Positions 7,106 to 19,042 of a DNA stretch of 23,719 nt are shown in pieces. The notes under the pieces are model-generated. The model was not told the origin of the DNA. It saw only the letters and a list, made by a program, of their open reading frames with translations, and did no database searches. Within the stretch, counting starts at the first letter, position 1. Each line of letters starts with the position of its first letter. The position numbers and the translations under genes are program-made. Source of the stretch: Armatimonadota bacterium (GTDB lineage: Bacteria; Sysuimicrobiota; Sysuimicrobiia; Sysuimicrobiales; Kaftiobacteriaceae); NCBI GenBank assembly GCA_037440005.1, contig JBBIUY010000042.1, positions 1 through 23,719 of the forward strand, read 5' to 3'.

Positions 7106-7666
7106 ATGATCGCCAGCGGAGACTTTCGGCCGGGGATCGTGATCGAGCTGGACGGCGAGCTGTACGCCGTGGTGGAGACCCACCACCACAAACGGGCGCA
7201 GCGCCAGGCGTTCGTGCGCGCCCGCCTGCGCCACCTGAAGACCGGCGCCGTGCTGGAGCGGAACTTCACCAGCGACGAGGTGGTTCCCCAGGCCTCCCTG
7301 GACCGCAAGGTGATGCAGTTCCTGTACCGGCACGGCGACGACTACGTGATGATGGACCGGCAGACCTTCGAGCAGCTCGCCCTGCCCGCGCAGATCCTGG
7401 GGGACGCGGTGGGGTACTTAAAGGACAACACCGACGTGACCGTGGTGTTCTACGAGGGCCGCCCCATCGCGGTGGAGCTGCCCAACAGCGTGGAGCTGGA
7501 GGTGGTGGACACCGCCCCGGGCGTGCGGGGCGACACCGTCTCGGGCGGCACCAAGCCGGCCCGGCTGGAGACCGGCATCACCGTCCAGGTTCCCCTGTTC
7601 GTCTCGGTGGGAGACCGCATCCGCGTCGACACCCGGACCGGCGAGTACCTGGAGCGGGTCAAGTAG
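7106..7666 (+). CDS. efp: Translation elongation factor P with non-canonical tip loop (KRAQR)
   Basis: RBS GGAGGAG 7097-7103; 186 aa. MIASGDFRPG, AFVRARLRHLKTG, MQFLY, MD.QTFEQ, PGVRGDTVSGGTKPARLETG, VPLFV..GD.IRVDTRTGEYLER. Confidence 0.96.
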   Translation: MIASGDFRPGIVIELDGELYAVVETHHHKRAQRQAFVRARLRHLKTGAVLERNFTSDEVVPQASLDRKVMQFLYRHGDDYVMMDRQTFEQLALPAQILGDAVGYLKDNTDVTVVFYEGRPIAVELPNSVELEVVDTAPGVRGDTVSGGTKPARLETGITVQVPLFVSVGDRIRVDTRTGEYLERVK

Positions 7667-7717
7667 AGGACGGGACCGGGCACCGTCTCCAAACCGCGCG
7701 GGGCGCGCCGGGTCGGG

Positions 7718-7746
7718 TTGTTCGGTGCGAACCGCTCTGGTATACT
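7718..7746 (+). promoter_or_regulatory. Sigma70-type promoter: -35 TTGTTC, 17-bp spacer, extended -10 TGgTATACT
   Basis: TTGTTC 7718-7723 and TATACT 7741-7746 with exactly 17 nt between, TG at 7738-7739. Predicted TSS about 7752-7753. Confidence 0.8.
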
Positions 7747-7752
7747 TGTCGC

Positions 7753-7850
7753 GTGCAGGGCCGTCCACCGCGTCTGTCCGCGGGACTGGTTGCCGCGGGG
7801 CAACCGGGGCGGCGTACCACCCGGCCAGTGCTGGGTGGTCGTTTCTTTTT
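7753..7850 (+). ncRNA. Candidate structured leader/attenuator or ~100-nt sRNA upstream of nusB
   Basis: Follows the promoter. Hand-folded three-way junction (7760-66/7807-13, 7768-72/7779-83, 7788-94/7799-7805) then an intrinsic terminator. No known RNA family recognised. Confidence 0.5.
7816..7850 (+). terminator. Intrinsic terminator within the nusB leader
   Basis: 10-bp stem ACCACCCGGC / GCTGGGTGGT (one G.U), loop CAGT, then CGTTTCTTTTT. Confidence 0.8.
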
Positions 7851-7946
7851 GCCCCGGGGGGACGCCATCCGGCGCCCCGCCGGAGCGCCCCCCGCCGGGC
7901 TGATGGAGGCATATCCCGCCCGCGCGCCGGCGGGAGCGTGCTAGCC

Positions 7947-8369
7947 ATGGCGGGCGTGCGCCGCCGCGTCCGCGAGCTGGCTCTGCGGGCTCTGTATGAA
8001 GCGGACGTCGGCCGGCAGCCCCTGGCGGCGGTGCTGGACCGGATCCTCCAGGAGGTCCCCGAGCGGGAACGGCCGTTCCTGCGGGCCCTGTGCGAGGGAG
8101 CCTGGCGGGCGCGGCGACAACTGGATGCCCTGCTGGCCGAGGTGGCGCCCCGGTGGGCGGTGGACCGGTTGGCCAGCACCGACCGGGCCGTCCTGCGCCT
8201 GGCCGCGTACGAACTGCAGCACATGGACACGCCCCCCGGCGTCGTCATCAACGAGGCGGTGGAGCTGGCCAAGACCTACGGAACCGAAGCCTCCGGCAGG
8301 TTTGTGAACGGGGTGCTGGCCGCGGTGCTGCGCCGGATTCAGGAGCGCAGCGGGGTGCCCGATGGATGA
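7947..8369 (+). CDS. nusB: Transcription antitermination factor NusB
   Basis: [18 protein letters not shown]...[39 protein letters not shown]. Confidence 0.95.
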   Translation: MAGVRRRVRELALRALYEADVGRQPLAAVLDRILQEVPERERPFLRALCEGAWRARRQLDALLAEVAPRWAVDRLASTDRAVLRLAAYELQHMDTPPGVVINEAVELAKTYGTEASGRFVNGVLAAVLRRIQERSGVPDG

Positions 8370-8661
8370 ACCGCGCTCGCCGGCCGCCGCCGCCACCGCC
8401 CGCTGCCGCCTGTGGGTGTCGGGCGTGGTGCAGGGCGTGGGCTTCCGGTTTTTCACCGAGCGGGTGGCCCGACGCCTGGGGCTGGCGGGTCTGGCCCGCA
8501 ATCTTCCGGACGGCCGGGTGGAGATCATCGCCGAAGGACCCCGGGCGGCCCTGGACCAGTTCATCGCCGAGGTCCGGCGGGGACCGGCGGGGGCCGTGGT
8601 GACCGGGGTGCAGGTGGAGTGGGAGACGCCGGCGGGGCTGGTGGGGTTTCGGATCCTGTGA
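8362..8661 (+). CDS. acyP: Acylphosphatase
   Basis: [13 protein letters not shown] and [15 protein letters not shown] signature motifs. Confidence 0.93.
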   Translation: MDEPRSPAAAATARCRLWVSGVVQGVGFRFFTERVARRLGLAGLARNLPDGRVEIIAEGPRAALDQFIAEVRRGPAGAVVTGVQVEWETPAGLVGFRIL

Positions 8662-8679
8662 GGGGGGAGGCGCGCTGAG

Positions 8680-9603
8680 GTGGCGCGGGTGGACACGGAG
8701 CTGACCGCCTACCTGGCCGAGCGCACCCGCCAGGTGGACGAGGCCCTGGACGCGGCCTTGCCGCCGGCCGACCGGCCGCCCCGGATTCTCCACCGGGCCA
8801 TGCGGCACGCCGTGCTGGCCGGAGGCAAGCGCCTGCGGCCCCTGCTGGTGCTGGCCAGCGCCGAGGCGTGCGGGCTGCCGCCCCGGGCCGTCCTGCCGGT
8901 CGCCTGCGCGGTGGAGTGCATCCATGCCTACTCGCTGATCCACGACGACCTGCCGGCCATGGACGACGCCGACACCCGCCGGGGCCGTCCCACCTGTCAC
9001 GTGGCCTTCGGCGAGGCGATCGCGATCCTGGCCGGCGACGCCCTCCACGCCCTGGCCTTCGCGCTGATCCCTCAGGCCGCGCCGACCTGCGGGGCCGACC
9101 GCGTCCTGGCCGTGGCGGCCGAGATCGCCGAGGCCATCGGAACCGAGGGCATGGTGGGGGGGCAGGTGCTGGACCTGCTGGGCGAAGGCCGCCGCTTCCC
9201 CCACGGGACGCCCGAAGACCTGGGTCCGCTGCCGGACCTGGTCGTGGAGATCCACCGGCGCAAGACGGCCGCCCTGATCCGGGCCTGCGCGCGGGCGGGG
9301 GGGCTGCTGGCGGGGGCGGATCCGCAGACTCTGGAGGCGCTCACCGTGTACGGGGAGAAGGTGGGCCTGGCTTTTCAGATCATCGACGACGTCCTGGACG
9401 TGACCGGAGACCCCGCGCAGCTGGGCAAGGCGACCCGACGGGACGCCGGCAAGGTCACCTATCCGGCCGCCTACGGGGTGGACGGCTCGCGAGCCGCCGC
9501 CGCCCGCCTGACCGAGGAGGCCGTGGACGCCGCCGGACGGCTGGGCCCGGCAGGACAGATCCTGGCCGGGCTGGCCCGCGACCTGCTGGTGCGGGACAGG
9601 TAG
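8680..9603 (+). CDS. ispA: Farnesyl/geranylgeranyl diphosphate synthase
   Basis: GGKRLRP, first Asp-rich motif IHDDLPAMDD..TRRG, AILAGDAL, GMVGGQ, KTAAL, AFQIIDDVLD. Confidence 0.93.
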   Translation: MARVDTELTAYLAERTRQVDEALDAALPPADRPPRILHRAMRHAVLAGGKRLRPLLVLASAEACGLPPRAVLPVACAVECIHAYSLIHDDLPAMDDADTRRGRPTCHVAFGEAIAILAGDALHALAFALIPQAAPTCGADRVLAVAAEIAEAIGTEGMVGGQVLDLLGEGRRFPHGTPEDLGPLPDLVVEIHRRKTAALIRACARAGGLLAGADPQTLEALTVYGEKVGLAFQIIDDVLDVTGDPAQLGKATRRDAGKVTYPAAYGVDGSRAAAARLTEEAVDAAGRLGPAGQILAGLARDLLVRDR

Positions 9604-9653
9604 ATGAGCACAGGATGCGGGCGACCGGACGAGAGGGCGAGGGGTCCGTGGCG

Positions 9654-10474
9654 GTGAGCGTCCCGGCGGTGCGGCGGCGGGTGCGCCTGGACACCCTGCT
9701 GGTGGAGCGCGGCCTGGCCGAGTCGCGGGCCAAGGCCGCCGCGGCCATCCTGGCGGGGGAGGTGGTCGTGGGCGGTGTGGTGGCGTCCAAGCCAGGCCAG
9801 CTGGTGGACCGCGACGCGGAGGTGCGGCTGCGGCCCCGGCGGCCGGGCTTTGTCAGCCGGGGCGGGGAGAAGCTGCTGGCGGCTTTGGAGGCGTTCGGCG
9901 TGGACGTGACCGGGCGCGTGGCGGTGGACGTGGGCGCGAGCACGGGCGGGTTCACCGACTGCCTGCTCCAGCGCGGGGCCGCGCGCGTCTACGCGGTGGA
10001 CGTGGGCAGAGGCCAGCTGGACTGGCGGCTGCGCCGCGACCCCCGGGTGGTCAGCCTGGAACGCCGCGACGTGCGCACCGTGGCCCCCGCCGACCTGGGC
10101 GGGCCGGCGGACCTGGCGACGGTGGACGTGTCGTTCATCTCCCTGCGGACGGTGCTGCCCGCGGTGGCGGCCCTGGTGCGGCCGGGAGGGGACATCATCG
10201 CGCTCATCAAGCCTCAGTTTGAGGTGGGACCGCGCCGCACCCGGCGGGGGGTGGTGCGGGACCCTGCCCTCCACGCCGAGGCCATCCGGCGGGTGCTGGA
10301 GGCGGCGCGGGACCTGAGACTGACGCCGCTGGGGCTGGTGCCCTCCCCGCTGCGCGGCCCGGAGGGCAACCTGGAGTTCTTCGTGCACCTCCGGCGGGGA
10401 GAGGCGCGCCCGGCGGCGCTGGACGTGGAGGCGGTGGTGGCCCGGGCCCACGCCGACGTCGGGCGGGCGGAGCC

Positions 10475-10478
<4 letters not shown>
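9654..10478 (+). CDS. tlyA: TlyA-family rRNA (cytidine-2'-O)-methyltransferase with S4 domain (start uncertain: 9615/9648/9654)
   Basis: RLDTLLVERGLAESR (S4), FVSRGGEKL, DVGASTGGFTDCLLQRGA, DVSFISL, LIKPQFE, GPEGNLEF. Confidence 0.93.
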
Positions 10479-12969
<2,491 letters not shown>

Positions 12970-12980
12970 GGAGGAGGACC

Positions 12981-13880
12981 ATGGCGCTGGTGACCTACGT
13001 CAACGGCACGTTCGTCCCCAAGGAGGAGGCCCGGGTATCGGTGTACGACCACGGGTACCTGTACGGCGACGGTGTCTTTGAGGGCATTCGGGCCTACCGG
13101 GGCCGCATCTTCCGCCTGGACGCCCACCTGGACCGCCTGTACGCGTCGGCCCGGTACCTGCAGCTGCCGATCCCCCTCTCCCGCCAGCAGATGGCCGAGG
13201 CGATCCTGGAGACGGTGCGCCGGTGCGGCCTGCAGGACGCCTACATCCGTCCCATCGTCTCCCGGGGCGTCGGGGACCTGGGGCTGGACCCCCGCAAGTG
13301 CGCCAGCCCCACGGTGGTCATCATCGTGGACGCCATCCAGCTGTACCCGCCCGAGGCCTACGAGCGGGGCCTGCGGGCCGTCACCGCCACCACCCGCAAG
13401 GTGCGGCCGGACATGCTGGCGCCCCAGGCCAAGACCCTCAACTACCTCAACAACATCCTGGCCCGCCTGGAGGCCAACCGGGCCGGCGTGGACGAAGCGG
13501 TGATGCTCAGCGCCACCGGGTACGTCTGCGAGTGCAGCGCCGACAACATCTTCATCGTCCGGGGCGGGGAGGTGTGGACGCCGCCGGCCTACCTGGGCAT
13601 CCTGCGGGGGGTCACCCGGGACGCCATCCTGGACCTGGCCCGGGAGCTGGGGCTGCCGGCGGCCGAGCGGGTGTTCACCCTGTACGACATCTACACCGCC
13701 GATGAGTGCTTCCTGACGGGCACCGGAGCCGAGGTGGGCCCCGTGGTGGAGCTGGACGGCCGGCCGATCGCCGACGGACGCCCCGGCCCCGTCACCCGGC
13801 GCCTGATGGCCGCCTTCCGGGACCTGGTGGCCCGGGAGGGCACGCCCATCTACCCCGCGCCGGCCGAGGCCCGGCCCTAA
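12981..13880 (+). CDS. ilvE: Branched-chain amino acid aminotransferase (class IV PLP)
   Basis: [69 protein letters not shown]. Confidence 0.93.
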   Translation: MALVTYVNGTFVPKEEARVSVYDHGYLYGDGVFEGIRAYRGRIFRLDAHLDRLYASARYLQLPIPLSRQQMAEAILETVRRCGLQDAYIRPIVSRGVGDLGLDPRKCASPTVVIIVDAIQLYPPEAYERGLRAVTATTRKVRPDMLAPQAKTLNYLNNILARLEANRAGVDEAVMLSATGYVCECSADNIFIVRGGEVWTPPAYLGILRGVTRDAILDLARELGLPAAERVFTLYDIYTADECFLTGTGAEVGPVVELDGRPIADGRPGPVTRRLMAAFRDLVAREGTPIYPAPAEARP

Positions 13881-13886
13881 CGCGCC

Positions 13887-14408
13887 ATGGGCGCCGGCGG
13901 CCGCCGCGTGTACGAGGGCCGGGTGGTGGCCCTGCGGGTGGAGGAGGTGGAGCTGCCCGACGGCCGGCGGGTGTCCCGGGAGATCGTGGAACACCGGGGG
14001 GCGGCGGCGGCGGTGCCGCTGGTGGGCAGAGACGTGCTGCTGGTCCGCCAGCACCGGCCGGCGGTGGGACGGGACCTGCTGGAGATCCCCGCCGGCACCG
14101 TGGAGCCCGGCGAATCGCCGGCCGCCTGCCTGCAGCGGGAGCTGGCCGAGGAGATCGGCATGCAGGCGGGTCGCCTGGAGCACCTGGTCACCTTCTATCC
14201 CTCTCCGGGATTTCTCACCGAGGCGGTGCACGTCTACCTGGCCACCGACCTGGTTCCCCGCCGCCTCCCCGGCGAGGAGGAGGACCTGGAGGTGGTGCGC
14301 ATGCCGCTGGGGGACGCCCAGGCGTTGGTGCGGTCGGGGGAGATTGTGGACAGCAAGTCCATCATCGGGCTGTTGTGGCTGGCCCAGGGGTGGGACCGGC
14401 GGCTGTGA
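13887..14408 (+). CDS. NUDIX hydrolase, ADP-ribose pyrophosphatase (NudF-like)
   Basis: [14 protein letters not shown], Nudix box [30 protein letters not shown]. Usual position before xerD. Confidence 0.9.
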   Translation: MGAGGRRVYEGRVVALRVEEVELPDGRRVSREIVEHRGAAAAVPLVGRDVLLVRQHRPAVGRDLLEIPAGTVEPGESPAACLQRELAEEIGMQAGRLEHLVTFYPSPGFLTEAVHVYLATDLVPRRLPGEEEDLEVVRMPLGDAQALVRSGEIVDSKSIIGLLWLAQGWDRRL

Positions 14409-15360
14409 GGGACTCGCTGCCGGAGGCGTTCCTGCGGGCCGTGGACGGGTTTTGCGCCCACGCCCTGGCCGAGGCGGGGCTGGCGTCCCGTACCGTGGAG
14501 GCCTACCGGCGGGATCTGGCGGACTTCGCCGCCTTCGCCGTCGGCCGCGGAGCGGCCGCGCCGGGGGCGGTCAGCCGGGCCACCGTGAGCCTGTACCTGG
14601 CGACCCTGCGCCGCCGCGGCCTGTCGGCGGCCACCGTCCGCCGGCGGGCGGCGTCCCTGCGGGCGTGGTACCGGTACCTGCTGCGGGAGACCGCGGTGGG
14701 AGTCGATCCCACGGTGGACCTGGCTCCGCCCCGGCTGCCCCGCCGGCTGCCGCGGGTGCTGAGCGTGGAGGAGGTGGAGCGGCTGCTAGCCGCCCCCGAT
14801 CCGTCCACGCCCGAGGGTCTGCGGGACCGGGCCCTGCTGGAGCTGCTGTACGCCAGCGGGCTCCGGGTCTCCGAGGCTATCAACCTCCAGCTGTCGGACC
14901 TGGACCTGGCCCAGGAGGTGGTGCGCACGGTCGGGAAAGGTTCTCGGGAGCGCCTGGTGCCGCTGGGCACGCACGCGGTGCGGGCCCTGCGGGCCTACCT
15001 GGCGCGGGCGCGCCCGGCGCTGGTCCGCCACCGCCTCACCCAGGCGGTCTTCGTCAGCCGGCGGGGGCGGCCGCTGTCGCGGCAGGCGTGCTGGAAGCTG
15101 GTCCGCCGCTACGCCCGGCGGGCCGGGATCACCCGGACGTTGAGCCCGCACGTGCTGCGCCATTCGTTCGCCACCCACCTGCTGGACCGCGGCGCCGACC
15201 TGCGGGCGGTGCAGGAGATGCTGGGCCACGCCAGCGTGGCCACCACCCAGGTGTACACCCACCTGACCCGGGCGCGCATCCGCGAGGTCTACCGCGCGGC
15301 CCACCCCCGGGACGGCATGCGCCTTCCCTCGCGGCCGCGGCGGGGAGGCCGCCCGCGCTC

Positions 15361-15364
<4 letters not shown>
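14405..15364 (+). CDS. xerD: Site-specific tyrosine recombinase XerD
   Basis: GTGA overlap with [69 protein letters not shown]...TTQVYTH; NUDIX-xerD-deoB-PNP synteny. Confidence 0.9.
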
Positions 15365-16539
<1,175 letters not shown>

Positions 16540-16614
16540 ACCTGCCAGGACCGGGGACCCGGCGGAACTGCCGGCAGTCCCGGCCGCACACCGCTCCAAG
16601 CGAGGAGGGAGGCC

Positions 16615-17439
16615 GTGGAGCACAGCCAGCGCATCCAGACCGCCGCCGGCTACGTCCGGGAACGCACGCGGGTGACCCCGCAGGTGGCCATCATCCTGGG
16701 CTCGGGGCTGGGGGCCCTGGCCGGGGACATCGACGCCGACGCGGTGCTGCCCTACGCCCAGATCCCGGGCTTTCCGCGCGCGACGGTGGAGGGGCACGCC
16801 GGCAACCTGATCCTGGGCCACCTGGAGGGCAAGCCGGTGGTGGCCATGCAGGGCCGCGTGCACTACTACGAGGGCTACACCCTGGCCGAGGTGGTCTTCC
16901 CGGTGCGGGTCATGCGGGCCCTGGGCGCCCGGGTCCTGGTGGTGAGCAACGCCGCCGGCTGCCTCAACCGCCAGTGGTACCGGGGCGACCTGATGATCAT
17001 CGCCGACCACATCAACTTCTTCGGCACCAATCCCCTGATCGGGCCCAACGACCCGACCCTGGGCCCGCGGTTTGTGGACATGTCCAGCGCCTACGACCCG
17101 GACCTGATCGCCCTGGCCGAGCGGGCGGCCCTGGCCGAGGGGATCCCCATCCGCAAGGGCGTCTACGTGGGGGTGCCGGGGCCCAGCTACGAGACCCCCG
17201 CCGAGCTGCGGATGCTGCGGGGGTGGGGGGCCGACGCGGTGGGGATGTCCACCGTCCCCGAGGTCATCGCGGCCCGGCACATGGGCATGCGGGTCCTGGG
17301 GATCACCGCCATCACCGACATGGCCACCGGGGAGCAGGTCCAGCCCGTCAGCCATGAGGAGGTCATCGCCGCCGCCCGCGAGATCGAACCCAAGTTCGTG
17401 CGCCTGGTCCGCCGGATCGTGCGGGAGATGTCGGTGTGA
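16615..17439 (+). CDS. punA: Purine nucleoside phosphorylase (trimeric family, PunA/XapA-like)
   Basis: IILGSGLG, TVEGHAG, MQGRVHYYEGY, SNAAG, DHIN, GPSYETPAE, GADAVGMSTVPE; has ITD in place of the common ITN. Confidence 0.92.
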   Translation: MEHSQRIQTAAGYVRERTRVTPQVAIILGSGLGALAGDIDADAVLPYAQIPGFPRATVEGHAGNLILGHLEGKPVVAMQGRVHYYEGYTLAEVVFPVRVMRALGARVLVVSNAAGCLNRQWYRGDLMIIADHINFFGTNPLIGPNDPTLGPRFVDMSSAYDPDLIALAERAALAEGIPIRKGVYVGVPGPSYETPAELRMLRGWGADAVGMSTVPEVIAARHMGMRVLGITAITDMATGEQVQPVSHEEVIAAAREIEPKFVRLVRRIVREMSV

Positions 17440-18149
17440 GCGGTCCGTCTCCGTCGGGAACCGAGTCCGGACACCTGTACGCGGTGGTGACCGCGGATCT
17501 GGTGCACTCCCGGGCTCTTTCGGAGCGGGGCGAGTGGCAAAGACGGCTACGTGCCCTGGTGGAGCGGCTGAACGACCGTCACGCAGACGATCTGGCCGCC
17601 CCGTTTATGATCACGCTCGGCGACGAGATCCAGGGTCTGGTCCGGGATCCGACCGGGTTCCCCCAGGTGGTGACCGCCATCCACTCGGCGATCCGTCCCG
17701 ACATGATCGCGGTCGGGGTGGGCATCGGGACGGTGGCCACGGAGCTGCGGGTCCGCGTCACGGAGATGGACGGGCCCGCGTTCGTCCGGGCGCGGCAGGC
17801 TGTGGAGTCCGGCAAGGCCGCCGGGCGGGAAGTGGTGGTGGTTTCGGGTCTGCCTCTCGCCGACGCGGTCCTCAACGCTCTGTACGCCCTGATGGGGGGC
17901 GTCCAGAGACGGTGGACGGACAAGCAGTGGGAGCGGGTGAATCTGTACCGCACGCACCGATCCCTGGAGAAGGTCGCTGATATCGTGGGTGTCAGCAAGC
18001 AGGCGATCAGCCGCGACCTGCGGCTGACCCTGTGGGATCGCGTCCTGGAGGTGGAAGACCGGCTTCCGCAGATCGTGGCTTCGGTGCTGGGGCTGCCTGA
18101 AGGACCCGCTCCGGGCCGGAGTGTTCGCGGCGAGGGCAGGGCTGTTTAA
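17436..18149 (+). CDS. SatD-family protein: nucleotide cyclase/palm-like domain plus C-terminal HTH
   Basis: YAVVTADLVHSR, FMITLGDEIQGL, VGVGIG, MDGPAFVRARQA match SatD-family motifs. C-terminal WTDKQWE...SLEKVADIVGVSKQAISRDL is HTH-like. Confidence 0.85.
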   Translation: MSGPSPSGTESGHLYAVVTADLVHSRALSERGEWQRRLRALVERLNDRHADDLAAPFMITLGDEIQGLVRDPTGFPQVVTAIHSAIRPDMIAVGVGIGTVATELRVRVTEMDGPAFVRARQAVESGKAAGREVVVVSGLPLADAVLNALYALMGGVQRRWTDKQWERVNLYRTHRSLEKVADIVGVSKQAISRDLRLTLWDRVLEVEDRLPQIVASVLGLPEGPAPGRSVRGEGRAV

Positions 18150-18159
18150 ATGAAAGTCC

Positions 18160-18280
18160 TGTCAACATTTCTATGTTGACAAAGCGGGCTGTCAACATCT
18201 TGTCGGACGCGCATTTCACGGCTTTCAGTGTCAACATTCTTATGTTTCCAATGGCGTCAGTCAATATTTTTATGTTGACA
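18160..18280. repeat. Array of four operator-like palindromes, consensus TGTCAACAT-N4-ATGTTGACA
   Basis: 18160-18181 perfect; 18190-18198 intact left half with degenerate right half; 18229-18250 TGTCAACAT-TCTT-ATGTTTCCA; 18259-18280 AGTCAATAT-TTTT-ATGTTGACA. Start-to-start spacing 30/39/30. AT-rich island. Confidence 0.9.
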
Positions 18281-18312
18281 ATTTCGGGCGTGGCTAGGGG
18301 GGAGGGAGAGGA

Positions 18313-19038
18313 GTGCTCGTCCGGAGACTGATCCTGGCCAGCCTCCTTGGGGATTTCGTCTTCCAGCCCGCACGTCTGGCGGCCTGGAAGGCGCGCACTC
18401 CCCTCGGCCTGCTTGTCCACGGGGCCGTCCACCTCGCTCTGGTCGCGGGCGTCGGAGTCGGATACTGGTCCCTGCGGTACCTGCTCCTGGCGGCCACGCT
18501 CGCAGCGGCCCACCTGGCGGTGGACGCGGCAAAGATCCGGCTCGACCGCCGGGTCGGCGGCGGCTACTGGCCGGTGGCCACCTTCCTGGGCGACCAGGCC
18601 GCGCATCTGGCGGCCACCGTCGGACTCGCTGCGGCGTACGGTTTCGCCGACGCCAGCCCGCTGGCGCCGGCCCTGGCAGCCGCGCGCGCCCCCGAGGTCG
18701 TCGTCGTCTCCGCGGTGTATGTGGCCGCCCTGTTTGGAGGCGCGGTGCTGGTGCGGCTCGTCACCGACGTCTTCCGGCCGCCGTCCTCCCCCGGGGCGGG
18801 ACACCCCGAAGGCGCGGGTGCCTACATCGGCGTCGTCGAGCGGCTGGCGGTCACCACCCTGGTGGCGCTGAATCAGTACGGCGCGGCGGGCTTCGTCCTG
18901 GCAGCCAAATCCATCGCCCGGTACCGCCGGATCGAGGAGGAGAAGGAGTTCGGCGACTATTTTCTGGTGGGCACCCTCACCAGCATGACCCTCGCCATCC
19001 TGGCGGGGCTGGCGGTGCGCCGGGCGCTGGGGCGGTAG
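18313..19038 (+). CDS. DUF3307-family multi-pass membrane protein (usual SatD partner)
   Basis: RBS GGAGGGAGAGGA. LLGDFVFQ, LLVHGAVH, AHLAVD..K, FLGDQAAHL, GAYIGVVER, LAAKSIARY, DYFLVGTL.S; several hydrophobic segments. Confidence 0.82.
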   Translation: MLVRRLILASLLGDFVFQPARLAAWKARTPLGLLVHGAVHLALVAGVGVGYWSLRYLLLAATLAAAHLAVDAAKIRLDRRVGGGYWPVATFLGDQAAHLAATVGLAAAYGFADASPLAPALAAARAPEVVVVSAVYVAALFGGAVLVRLVTDVFRPPSSPGAGHPEGAGAYIGVVERLAVTTLVALNQYGAAGFVLAAKSIARYRRIEEEKEFGDYFLVGTLTSMTLAILAGLAVRRALGR

Positions 19039-19042
19039 GACG

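Noticed and set aside
7751..7819. Multi-stem RNA ending in ...GTACCA read as a tRNA
   Set aside because: No TTCRA T-loop, no D-loop and no 7-bp acceptor stem; the ACCA is part of the terminator stem.
16551..16583. GC-rich hairpin between deoB and the PNP gene
   Set aside because: No U-tract, single copy, and expected by chance at this GC; at most an mRNA stability element.
18160..18280. Palindrome array read as a mini-CRISPR
   Set aside because: Units are 22 bp and degenerate, gaps are only about 8-17 nt, and no cas genes are present; it fits protein-binding operators better.
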